DNA of 64,000 bases from NCBI RefSeq assembly GCF_037042905.1, contig NC_087251.1:8434001-8498000 (forward strand), in the 5' to 3' direction. The notes beneath the pieces are model-generated. The model had not been told where the DNA came from. It saw only the letters and a list, made by a program, of their open reading frames with translations, and ran no database searches. This document shows, piece by piece, positions 26,152 to 37,800 of the stretch. How positions within the stretch are numbered: position 1 is the first letter of the stretch; each line of letters begins with the position of its first letter. Origin of the DNA: Lytechinus pictus. Its lineage: Eukaryota. Both the position numbers and the translations under genes were made by a program.

Positions 26152-26747
26152 AGGGGAATCCAACCCACATAAAAACTTGTTTTTATAAGAAAAAGAAAAA
26201 TCAGACAAGTTGATAGGTGAAAGTTTGAACAATATTGGACAAACAACAAGAAAGTTATGATTTTTTAAAAGTTGTAAATATTGGTAATCAATATACCCAT
26301 GGAGACTTCAAATTGGCCGCATATGGGATGTCATAGTGATGTAAGGCAATGACTACTTTTCCATGTACTCCAATACATATTATGGCTAAATGTCATTTTC
26401 CCCAAAAGTTTCATTTCAAATTATAATTTTCTTTCATGACATAAAACAATATACTACCTTGGTTATATTTAGATTACTGCCCAAGGGGAATGGGTACTTA
26501 GGAGAAAACCACAAATCCCTGATAATAAAGTGCATGGCCTATGGGAAAGTTGTCCTTGCCCCTTGTCATAGTTTACTTACCCGGCCCAGTTGCCAATTTG
26601 AAATCTACATACTATTAGTGATCTCAATTTTAAAGCAGCTATAACTTTCTTATTGCTTGTCCGATTTCTTTCAAACTTTCACCATTCTGTTTAATTTATT
26701 TTTCTTCTTCCCAACACAACATTTTATGACCAAGGCTGGATTCCCCT
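26152..26747. mobile_element. TTAA-flanked Kolobok-type MITE in the FBXO48 intron
   Basis: TTAA|aggggaatcca ... tggattcccct|TTAA. Confidence 0.88.
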
Positions 26748-26808
26748 TTAACTAAAAGGTAAAAAATAATTTGAATCCATGAAAATAATCAGATAATTCT
26801 ATTCTAAC

Positions 26809-27057
26809 CTTCCACGAAAAACCACTTGCCCTATCCTCCACAACATCTCTCCAGTCCTCACAGTGGACCTGACAAAGAAGTTTCCACAGGTAGTCAGTGT
26901 TCTCTATTATATCATTCCACTTTTTACATGTTTTGGAAGCAGCACAAAGACTCTCCACATCTACAATGGAAAGGATATATAGGCTTAGCTCTGGCGGAAG
27001 AGTCTGTAGAAAGTTGGTGGATGTAGTTAAGTGTTGCTCACTTCTTTGGCAATCCAT
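26809..27057 (-). CDS. FBXO48: F-box only protein 48, first coding exon (F-box domain); 136 aa in total with the last exon
   Basis: MDCQRS...NFLQTLPPELSLYILSIVDVESLCAASKTCKKWNDIIENTDYLWK...SGFSWK|gttag: F-box motif LP.EL...I...L...S.TCK.W. 249 nt, phase 0. Strong upstream acceptor ttttctttcacag at 27133-27135 implies an upstream exon. Confidence 0.9.
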
Positions 27058-27419
27058 AATGAATGATCTGAAAAATGTCCCAACAGAATATGCACTTGAA
27101 GTCAACACGATCAACTTGTTGGTGATACAAAACTGTGAAAGAAAAAAAATAGAGTATGCCTATTATCAATAACCCTCTAAATGTTATTCATGCTCAATAA
27201 GAACGTAGTATTCTGAAACAATTGAATGATAAGTTTTGGAAAGTGAAACAGTCAAAAATAAATCTTCTTAAACATGGGAAAGTTAAATTGTACAGGTACC
27301 GATGATGATTACAACATTTCAATTCATAGTTTTTGTTAAATCCAAATATAAAAGAGGATGCCTCACTAATTTCTAGTGTCAGAGCACCCAACCCCCATAT
27401 TTTGTAGACCTCCCTCTAC

Positions 27420-27985
27420 CCCGGGGGGGGGGGGGGCACTCGACCAATAAAGTAGTGGGTATGTGCCGCGGGCGAGACAAAAAACGGGGGCCTTGGAGCG
27501 GGCATATTGTAAAAAGGAGGGTCCTCGGAACGGGCTTCGGAACTACAAATATTTGTGAAAACGGGGGTCCTTGGAACGGGTCGCCTGTGAATGAGTGCGT
27601 TTTCATCCCTATGGAACGGGCATACGTGCATGCAGCTAGCCCGGCGGCACGGGCGCCGGGTGCGCTAAAGCAGATGCGATGGACGGACAGCGCTCTGCGG
27701 CCGCTTTTCACCAAAATTGCGGCTCATTGAAGCAGATCAATACGGCTGGAACGGCGTAACGGAAAATTTGCGAAGCTTTGGAGCGGATTTCTCTCTTCTT
27801 TTTTCTCGATAAGAAGAAAATGCTATGCTTTGGGGCGGCTTTCTTTGTTCTTTTTCTCAATAAGACAAAAATGCTATGCCTTGGAACGGAAATTTGAGTG
27901 TAAAAACGGGGGTCCCCTCCGCGGCACATACCCACTATGCATTATGTACTGAGTGCCCCCCCCCCCCCCCCCCCCCCCCCCCGGG
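27420..27985. mobile_element. MITE with CCCGGG(G)n-CACTC ends and an 8-bp TSD
   Basis: ccctctac at 27412-27419 and 27986-27993; inner inverted repeat gggtatgtgccgcgg/ccgcggcacataccc. Confidence 0.9.
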
Positions 27986-28160
27986 CCCTCTACATGTCGA
28001 CCCATGTGAAGACTAGTCTACACTACATGTAGTCTGATAAATCCGCTGTTTCAGGAGTTTTCTGATTTTTTTTTCCTCCTCCTACACAGACGGATGACGG
28101 CCATTGGCCTCATAATGGTGGAGCAAACAACCGCCGCTGAACTACAGCGTCAATGGAGAA

Positions 28161-28599
28161 AGGGTGCACTTTTGCAACCTCCTCGATTACTCCTAAATTT
28201 TGCTTTTTGACAGGGGAAAAAGGAAGAAATAATATAAATTTATATCAAATACAATCAGCTTACCACCTTTCTGAAAAATATGCTGGAAAATAACGTATGT
28301 TGATAACAAACAGATCGGGATCAGCCAGATTCTTCTTTAATTGCCGTCAGCTACAGCTGAGCGAACGGAGGCGCCAGTGGATTGGCTGGCACGTTCTTCC
28401 GCTCAGCTGTAGCTGCGCTGACGGCGATCGAAGTAGAACCTGGCTGATCCTTATCTGTTTGTCATCAAAATTTGCTATTTTCCGGCATATTTTTCAGAAA
28501 GGTGGTAATTCATCTTTATTATTTCTTCCCTTTTACCCCATCAAAAAGAAAAATTTAGGAGTAATGGAGGAGGCCGAGGGTGCAAAACAAAAGCCACCC
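28161..28599. mobile_element. Palindromic MITE
   Basis: Arms inverted about a centre near 28385 (cgtcagctacagctgagcg / cgctcagctgtagctg; attactcctaaattt / aaatttaggagtaat). Ends are gggtg..caccc; TSD unclear. Confidence 0.75.
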
Positions 28600-29597
28600 T
28601 TTGCCAAAATGCCAAGGCTTAATTGCTTCACGTACGCATACAGGAGAAAAAATATTGAGGAATGTGTAATTTCTTCAAAATTCACATGCAAAGGACAAGA
28701 GTTAGACTCGCAAAAGAGTAGCATATAACCAGTCTATCGTCTCTTAAATCTAAAATATTAGAGTTCCATAGTGTTCCGCCGCAGAAATGCAAACACACAT
28801 TTAAAATTAAATGGTCATTAAATATGCACACGCACAAGCACTACACAGACGGGGATTCGCACAGCTGCAGCCCTGGCCTGACGACTCAAAGTCAAACACG
28901 GTCGGTCACGCGGCTGCATTCATCACGTTTTTTAAACTATCTTTTCATAAAAAACAGATACTTAATTGGCATGCCCACTTGATCATACATCATATTGTAA
29001 ACTACCTCTTAAAATGATTCCATCCTACTAATATAGATAGAAATGCAACTTTCTCGGCCCGGGCAATTTCCTGGCTGTGTGATCCGAGCATTCCAGTTGT
29101 TTGTTGACAAAATGAACGACAGACGCGAAGAATGGGCGTGGTCAGACCCACTTTAGCCTTATCACAAGAACAGGTGGGTCAATCTTGGAAAGAAATATTG
29201 CTTAATATTAATCATCTAATGGTCAAAAGTCATTCAATCTAATAATTAAAATTGTAATATGAATATTAAAAATATGAAAAGATTTGAATGACAGCAGTAA
29301 TTTTGTAAAAACTCTTCAACATATATATTTTTTTTTTACTCCCGTGAAGAAGGTTCGGCATTGTTGTGCAGTTGTGCTCAACAATCTCTAGTCTAATTTC
29401 AAAGACCCGTTTCACTGTTTCAAGGCCGGTTTGGGTGTCAACATCACAGTATTTCCACCCCGATTTCCACATATCCAAAACAAATTTCACGAAACTGAAT
29501 CCCAAATTTCCCGACATTCATAGAAATTCCCTGGAATTTTAAAGTTTGATTTTTAACAAAAATCAGACAATACAGCGAGCCTAATTTTGGTCCAAGT

Positions 29598-29928
29598 CAG
29601 GGGCGGAAATCTCTCCCAAAAGGTACTAAGGGGGGGACAAGGGGCTGGAAAATTTGACAAGCAAAAAAAAAAAAAAAAAAAGGTTATTACCCCAAATTTA
29701 AAGTCATTTCGACGAAAATAAATTTGACAAGCAAAAAAAAATGGTTATCATCCCAAAAGTAAGGTCATCTCGTCCTAAAATACATGTTTTATTTCGTTTT
29801 TCAATGATGTATTTCTTACCATCATAAAAGACCACAAATAGTAGGGGGAAATTTGATATTGTGGCCCCCCCTACTATTTTGAGTAGGGGGACACGTCCCC
29901 CCTGTCCCCCCTGGGATTTCCGCCCATG
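29598..29928. mobile_element. hAT-like MITE with an 8-bp TSD
   Basis: caggggcggaaatc / gatttccgcccatg; gtccaagt at 29590-29597 and 29929-29936. Confidence 0.88.
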
Positions 29929-29982
29929 GTCCAAGTGACCAAAATCAATGAATTTAACATTTTTTGTTCACGCCTTCATTAA

Positions 29983-30581
29983 AGTTCAAGTCCACCTCAA
30001 ATAGTTGATTTGAATCAATAAAGAAAAATCAGACAAACGTTATGCTGAAATTTTCATTAAAATCGGATGTAAAATAAGAAAGTCATAACATTTTAAAGTT
30101 TCGCTTATTTTTCACAAAATATAGTTATATGCACAATTTAGTCACATGCAAATGAAAGAGTTGATGATGTCCCTCACTCACTATTTCTTTTTTTTTATTG
30201 TTTGAATTAGACAATATTTCAATTTTTACCAATTTGACATCAAGGACCAACGTAACTGAACTATAAAATATTATAACAATGGTAATGCCACATGTTCAGG
30301 GAGGAATGTTTCACAGGACAATGAGGAGAAAATTAGAATATTTCATATTTCATGTAATAAAATACAAAAGAAATGGTGAGTGAGTGATGTCATCAGTCCC
30401 ATCATTTGCATACCAGCCAGGATTATGCATGTAACTGTTTTGTGAATTTAAGCGAAACGGTTAAAAATGTTATAACTTTCTTATTTTACATCCGATTTTG
30501 ATGAAATTTTCATTGTTATGCCTGTTGGATTTTTCTTTTTTTATTCAAATCAACTTTTTTGTTGGGGTGGAGACTTGTCCT
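29983..30581. mobile_element. TTAA-flanked Kolobok-type MITE
   Basis: TTAA|agttcaagtccacc ... ggtggagacttgtcct|TTAA with long inverted arms; same family as 43874. Confidence 0.85.
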
Positions 30582-30642
30582 TTAAAAAGTGGTAGGCCTA
30601 TTACATCATAATTTTTCATGCACTCTAAAAAGTTTACCCAAC

Positions 30643-31490
30643 ATTCAATTCAATTTATTTATTCAACCACCATCAGGTATACAATAATTACATAAATACA
30701 TACAAAATAATATAACAATAAAATGATGGTTTGGTGACCCCGGAAAAAGCAGAGCTTATAAAAAGGGGCCACCGAGTTAAAATTTACACTGAAAATATAC
30801 AATAACTAATGATAATTACACTATAAGTACACCGATGCAACAGCCGGGAAAAAAAGGGGGAGGGGGATTTTCAATGATATAAAAACAAATAATTGACTGA
30901 AGGTTTTTTAAACACAGGTTAATAATTTTCTAATAAGTCTCTTGAACCTAGCAAGAGTTGAACTGGATTATATATATCAGAGGGGAGGTTATTCCATAAC
31001 TTAGGAAAACAAGTTTTAAAGGAATTTAAAGACATAGTTGATCGAGCTAAGGGTAGATGAATTTGATTGCTTTGACGAGTCTAATGAGAGTGTATCGTGA
31101 GTTTTGAACAAAAATGTCATTGAAAAGGAGAGGCAAGATTTTGGCATAAAATTTATATATAAATACGAGGGAATTAAAATGATATCAAGTCCTGTAATGG
31201 CATTATGTTCAGTTGATAAAATAGAGGCTTTGTATGAGTGCGGTAGGGAGCGTTTGACATAATGCGAACTACTTTTTTTTTTGTAAAATACATTTATCTA
31301 AGTGTGATTTGAAGGTGTAGCCCCAGACAACATTGCAATAGTTCAAATGGGGTATGTATGATGCTATTATATAAAGTAATCAAAATTGATTTGGGAACAT
31401 AATGTCGTAACTTGGACAGAACATAATGGATCTTGATATCTTTGTACTAATAGAAATAATATGAGATTTCCAAGACAGATGGATGAAATG
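30643..31490 (-). mobile_element. Degenerate 5'-truncated LINE (CR1/L2 group) 3' end
   Basis: Minus-strand fragments HLSWKSHI, IPHLNYCNVVWGYTF and FPKLWNNLPSDI with frameshifts; aataaa plus a (TTGAA)n tail at ~30643-30665. Confidence 0.8.
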
Positions 31491-32035
31491 GGATCATAAA
31501 TGTTTGCTAAACTACACACTTAAAAATAGGTAGTCAAAATTTGACTAGTTTGGGTGGTCATTTCAAAATAACCCTGGATGTAGTCAAATTTGACTGCATA
31601 TGGGGTCAACCTTTCACTGTTTACTTTGCCTTTTGGCTTTTTGACTGCGCCGGAAGTTAAAAATGACTAGGTGTATGAAGTGGAAAAATAACTTGCCTAA
31701 AGAGTCATCATCAAAATGACTGCAATGCAAGTTGAACGGCGGAGGGATATATTACTGTGTGCAGTGTTCAATAATCAATAGTTATTTTGCTAATACTTGT
31801 AATGTTGTAATAGCAAACAAATTTAATCAGTGTGAAAGAAACAACATTTTAAAACTTTCCATGTATTTCACTTCATTTGCGTTGTGATATATATTATTTT
31901 TATCAAAGAACTATTTTACTTTAGGTCGAATCACTCAATGTATGGTGAGTATGATTTCGAATTTCCCGGCGCGCGCGGCCGCCGCGTCTGCGAATTTTTT
32001 ACTGCAGTCTGCATGCGACCGCTTAGTTGGTGTTG

Positions 32036-32093
32036 ATGATGGAGAGGCTCCTAAATAAGTGGGGATTAGGTGGTTTAGTTGCTTTGTTTGAAG
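32036..32093 (+). CDS. Candidate first exon of the transposon accessory gene (start of a SAM-like domain)
   Basis: MMERLLNKWGLGGLVALFE G|gtaag follows a GC-rich patch, and L..WGL..L...F resembles SAM helix 1-2. Its phase-1 end does not join the phase-0 exon at 34892, so a linking exon would be missing. Confidence 0.45.
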
Positions 32094-34084
32094 GTAAGAA
32101 ATTTGTCTTGATCGAGTGTCAAACATATTTGTGTCTTTACTATGTAAACTTACATGATTGTAGTATTTCGTTAAGCTTAAGTAATTTCACAAAATAACAC
32201 GTTGACATTGGCATTGCCATTGCAGTGTATGGCATCATTGTAAGTGTAACCCAGAGAGCTCCCGCCCGCTGCGCGGGCGGGAGCCCAGAATCTAAGACTT
32301 AGACAAGTAACACTTAACATAACAGACATTAATGCTAAGTCAATCGTATTTCAACACTGATTATTCTGAAGTAAAGCGTTCCTGAATAAAAGAAACTGCT
32401 GAGAATTATACTTATTCATATGAAGATGAAATAGAGGGGACGGACTAGGCCTAAACTTCAACTTTCAAGCTTGAAGTTTGGGCCTAGTCCGTCCCCGCTA
32501 TTTTCATACCCCATGACTACATCGACAATCTCGCTAGCCGGCTAGCACCGGCGATATCAAAGGCCGGATCCCGCTCTGACCATATCCCTACATTGACCTA
32601 AATTTGAATAGGCCTAAAATCGACAGTTTGTCGTTACTAAAAAACAGGAGGTCGGAAACAAGTCCACATCTACCCCTGATAATTGTCTAATCACAATAAA
32701 ACTGAAATAAAGGTTTACTTTGGACCTACATGAAGCATTCCGATGAATGTCTAGATCTACGACAAACTATATAGACCCCTAGATATAGTATTTTTTGAGA
32801 AACTCAATGATCACACTTATTTGGAAGTCAGGCAAAAGAAATATTGAAATTGAGGTTTACATAGTGCGTAATACAGGATGAGCCCCGAACCCCGGCAAAC
32901 ACATTACAATTTGCAAGTGAGATCAAAACATGAAAATGAGCGTAATTTACTTTTATTCCTATGGAATGTCATTAGAATAGTATTGATGTTCCCTCCAAGA
33001 TTTTCCGCTCCAATGAAGTTCACTCAGAAACCATGATTTCGAACATCAATTCTATAAACAGATAATTAGTCTAGCTATTTCGTTTCAGAAACTTCAAATT
33101 CGCAGAGTCCAAAAGAACGACACTTCGCACAGATATCGTAGGGAATTGTGGGACGGAAAAAAATGTTTAATGCATGAGTACATGAATAAAACATTAGCGT
33201 TTAATCCAATCATACAAGTGCATTATGCATATTTTGACGTCATTCTCATGAAGAAAACATTGACCCTCCAAAATCATCCTTCAAATTGTCCGCCGGCAGC
33301 CATGTTGGCTATGTACAAAACCTATGGGAAATAAAAACACGCGGAAAGAGTTCCCTCTCTAGTATACGTAAGATCGTATCTCTGTGCCTACAACACACAG
33401 TACAATGTCCCATGCAATGTCTATGTGCTTGTGTGCTTTACGCATACACACAACCCAGTGTGTAAGCACTGCGCGCATATCATATGCAAATAGGTAGACA
33501 GGCCAGTCTATTCTCAAGCAGGGTAGAGTAAGTTACTTACAAAGATAATCAAAGAGTTGCCTAAATTTTAGCAATATCAGTTTTAGGAAGAAAACAAACT
33601 GAACAATCATGCCTTTAGAATCTATTATAATGCAATGAAAATGATATTTAGCCACTGTATCTTCTGTTTGACATATTTCCCCATTATGTTGATACCCCTA
33701 TTCCGAAATTGATGAACCTATATGGTATGATAAGTTTATTGAACTTTATTGAACCCTGTATGTCTAGACTATTCCATTTTCAGTTAGGTATGTGGTGCAT
33801 CATAAATGACTTGGAAGTACTAATAATTGTTTTTCTCACAAGTAAAATGTATTCTTATAACTGCAGGAATTTATTTTTTCATAAAGATGTTATTTCTTAA
33901 GATTTATGTCTATCATTCATCCCATGTAAAGCTCCTACAGGTTGCATAGGGCCAATGTCTTATTACTCTGAAATCATATATCCCCATAAGTAAGTGCTGT
34001 GTTCCACACTAAGTATAGATTAGACTCTCAAGTTGCCAATGGGAAGAGTGGTCATTGAAATCCTCTCTGACAGGCCCTCTGTCG

Positions 34085-34500
34085 CGAATGAGTTAAATCG
34101 TAAGCACAGCTTACATCGCAAAATTGGATGTTCAGTTGAATTTTTGGACAGTTGAAAATTAACGCAAAAAATTGCATTTTGAAAATGAATAGAGTTTTGT
34201 GTCTGATATGAAGACAAATATTGGATTTTGGACCCTGAAAATTTTTTTTGATGTTAAGCCGGCATGTACAATTTTGTACGCCAATGTTAGAAAAGACGCG
34301 CAAGCGTCGTTTTAAATCGTAAGCACAGCTTACATCGCAAAATTGGACGTTCGGTCAGATTTTTGGACAGTTGAAAATTAACGCAAAAAATTGCATTTTG
34401 AAAATGAATAGAGTTTTGACAAATAGACAAATATTGGATTTGGGTCCCTGAAATTTTTAGAATTGGATGTTTAGAATTGCAAAATTGGACGTTCATTTAA
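34085..34500 (+). repeat. ~220-bp tandem duplication (MITE remnant)
   Basis: ttaaatcgtaagcacagcttacatcgcaaaattgga...gaaaatgaatagagttttg at ~34093 and ~34312. Confidence 0.8.
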
Positions 34501-34891
34501 ATTTTTTAGAGGACTGCCTTTCAATAAAAAAAAATACTAATCAATAATAAAAACCCAATATTTTGAGCAAAATAGGAGTCATGCTGAATAATAGGCCTAC
34601 AAAATCAGATTGATGTAAACATTTTGTATTTCGTTATTCATTGCACTATACATAATTACATGTACATATCAACTCGTTAACAAAAACTTTTGATAACAAA
34701 AAGTATTTTTGTCAAATCTCAAGAAAATGCCTCACATGGTATAAATTTAAACAGTTCTGACAAGAAGTAAATTCTAATTCCCATGTACTTTAACGAGTAA
34801 CAAATAATTTTTTTCTGGCCTAACTGATAAAAAATACTGGTATAATAAAAATAACCGTTCAAATTTTTTTTTTTTCTTTACCAAATTCTAG

Positions 34892-37800
34892 GACATAAGT
34901 GCTATTCTGGAAAAGGCTGCTGGTGGCCAGTCCATTCTCGGTGAACTTGAAGAAGGTGGACCACAGAGTGCCTCTAACAGACGAAGAATGGTGAGAATAG
35001 TTGTATCCCACCTCATGGAGAAATATGGAAACAAGTAAGAAAATACTCAAAAATTTCCAAACAACTAACAAAATCAATAGACCAGGGTTGGAGCTTAGAC
35101 CAGTCAAAAGCTATTTTTCACAAAAGTGGTGAAATGCAGGTTTGCTGCCAGCTTATGCATGCCCTGTCTGGGGATATATGAGGGATGGATATAAGTTCTC
35201 AACCTTCAGGTAGAAGGAGAAAAGATAAATTGATGATTTTCATATCCCTGATATGATTCAACAACTCTTAAAATTGGGGGGGGGGGAAGTTTCATTAAAG
35301 AAATTAACTGAAATATTTGCTTTGTTACAAAACTTTGACTGTTTCAGGTTTCTGAAGATAACTTTTCAATAGAAAATGAAAAGACAGTTACAATCAATAT
35401 TCATCTCCAAACTTGTTCAGATGCATGAGGGTCATGGTGCAGTGACATCACTGGAAGATGATTGCCCTTGCTGTGCTGCTAAAAAGTATGCAGCATAGTT
35501 TAAAGGCAGCAGGGAGCATCTGGAAGATGAATGAGTGCAAAATCTATTTACTAATAAAAGACAAATTTGTTCTTATATTATCTTATAGGTATCTGTAGTA
35601 GATCATTATTTTTTTCCTTTCTTCTTGGATCTTTATAATAATAGACCATCTGCTGAACAGAAGGTGGGCATGGCAATATCCATGATTCAACAATTTCCAG
35701 CACTGAAAGATGTTGAAGGACCTGGTTATGTAAGTATAAGTTTAATCACGTTAAAAGAACATCATTTGAAGCAGAAAATTGTGTTGTTATCAACAAGTTG
35801 TTTTTGTCCCATTGTACCATATGGCTTTCCCATTAACAATAACTTTGAACAGAAGAGAAAATACCGGACTCATCTAACGCTTATTGGTGGCATTTCGGTT
35901 TCTCTCGTGCCATATTCTTTCTGTTGTTCGATAACAACAATATGCGTTGTCAACTATTTTGCACCATCATAAGTGTTTAAATACTGAATTGAACAAAACT
36001 TTTACACTTAAATGTTACACTTTTTTAGGTTGTACTGTAAAGTAGGTGCTGTATATTCACTCATTGCTGTTACATGTATTTCTTTGTATAAATTTCGCAC
36101 ATAGGAAGCATGGTATACACCAGCAGTAGAGGGTGAACATGCAAAGGGCTTCATCGAAGAAAGGTTGAAAAATGTGAGAAAGAGAATGCCAAAGCAAGGG
36201 TGGACATCTTTGGAACCTTCAAGTTCAAGTGAGGAGAACCAGAAAGAACCATCAACCAAGGAAAAAATTGAAGAACTAAAATCTAAAGGTATGTTAATGT
36301 GCCTTGTTTAAGTTTTGTTGCATGCTTTGTGAACATTGAATGTTTAATTATTACTGGCTCATCTTCAAGTTCAAGTTGGGTTTGGTAGGCTTACTTGATT
36401 ACAATCTTCAGAATTATCAGATGATTTATAATGTTCCACATTCCACAGGGACCAGTCTTTGGTCTACCAATTTTCACCTCATGATGCTCAGCAGATTGCT
36501 TGTGATCAAGTTAGCTCAATCGGTAGGGCATTGTACTCCAGATCTTAAGGTTGTGTGTTCAAGTCCCAGCGCAGCCATGATTTGTATGTTTGATTGAAAT
36601 TCCCTTGGCCACGGAACTAATTGCTTATTGTCTCAGCTACCGGTATAATATTCGGGGACTCCGAGAGCTGGTCCCAGTTGCAATATTGTTCTTCTAGATG
36701 TAGGCTGAATAGGGTTCTGTGCCCAATAGCAGCTGCATCCCTGGATGATGCTAAATGGAGTGTCTTTTGGGTGAAAGTGATCAATGCCATTTCTCTCAAA
36801 GTGTGTTGAGGCTGTGAGTTTACGCTTTAAATTTGTAGAGCGCACTTTAAAATCATCTGCATGGTTTTTTTTTTTTTTGTTGTTGCTTGTAACACTTAAT
36901 CAACTTGCATCAAAGGCATGTTCCAACCTCTTACAAGAAACCTATAACTAGTTTAGATAAATTTGTACAGGAAGCTTAGTCTGATTCCTGCAGTGCATCT
37001 GGTCAGGAACTTACATCCCAGGGGGGGTCTGTCCTCATTGAAAGGGGGGTATCATGCATGACCAAGGACTTGCCAAAAGCATCCTAAACAAGTATTTACA
37101 AATGCAAAAATATACACCCTAAATAAGTATGATTATCGGTAATTTGCTACCCTAAGTAAGTAATCCCCAAAGCAAGTAATAACTATTTTCAAACCAAGCA
37201 AATAGTGATATATGTTTTGCTTTCCGTGCATGAGGTCGGGCTAATTCAAGTGTTGCGGGCATGTGCAAAGTGTTTTTGGCTGGGATTTGGGAATATTCCA
37301 TCATTGTGATAAACTGTAGTGTTAAATGAACATGCAATTAGCCCTAAGTACACAGGTAAGGTGAATTTTGTTTTAAGACACTGAATGCGTAACTCATCGG
37401 TTTAAAAAAAGTGACCCTTTTTCTTGATTTTTGGTGATTTTGAGACCCTATTTAAGTTACGCACGTAACGTGCATGATTGTAAAAAACACCCTTTTTACG
37501 TGAATTCTTGGTCAAGCATGATACCCCCCCTTTCAATGAGGACAGACCCCCCCCCCCCCGGGACTTACATCAGTGCACTAGATCTTAGGATTGATTGCCG
37601 TCAAATTTTAGAGCCTTAAACAGGTGTCACCGGCATGGTGGCCTAGTGGTTAGAGCGTCCGCCTCATGATCGGGGGGTTGTGGGTTTGAACCCCAGCCGG
37701 GCCATACCAAAGGCTTTAAAAATGGTACCTACTGCTTTCTTGTCAGGCACTCGACATTAGAAGAATGGAGTAGGGAAGTTAAACACATGGCTACCAGTGG

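Noticed and set aside
36502..36578. Functional tRNA genes (also 15050-15123 and 37629-37704)
   Set aside because: Stems pair poorly and each runs into a SINE body without a poly-T terminator, so they were treated as SINE heads.
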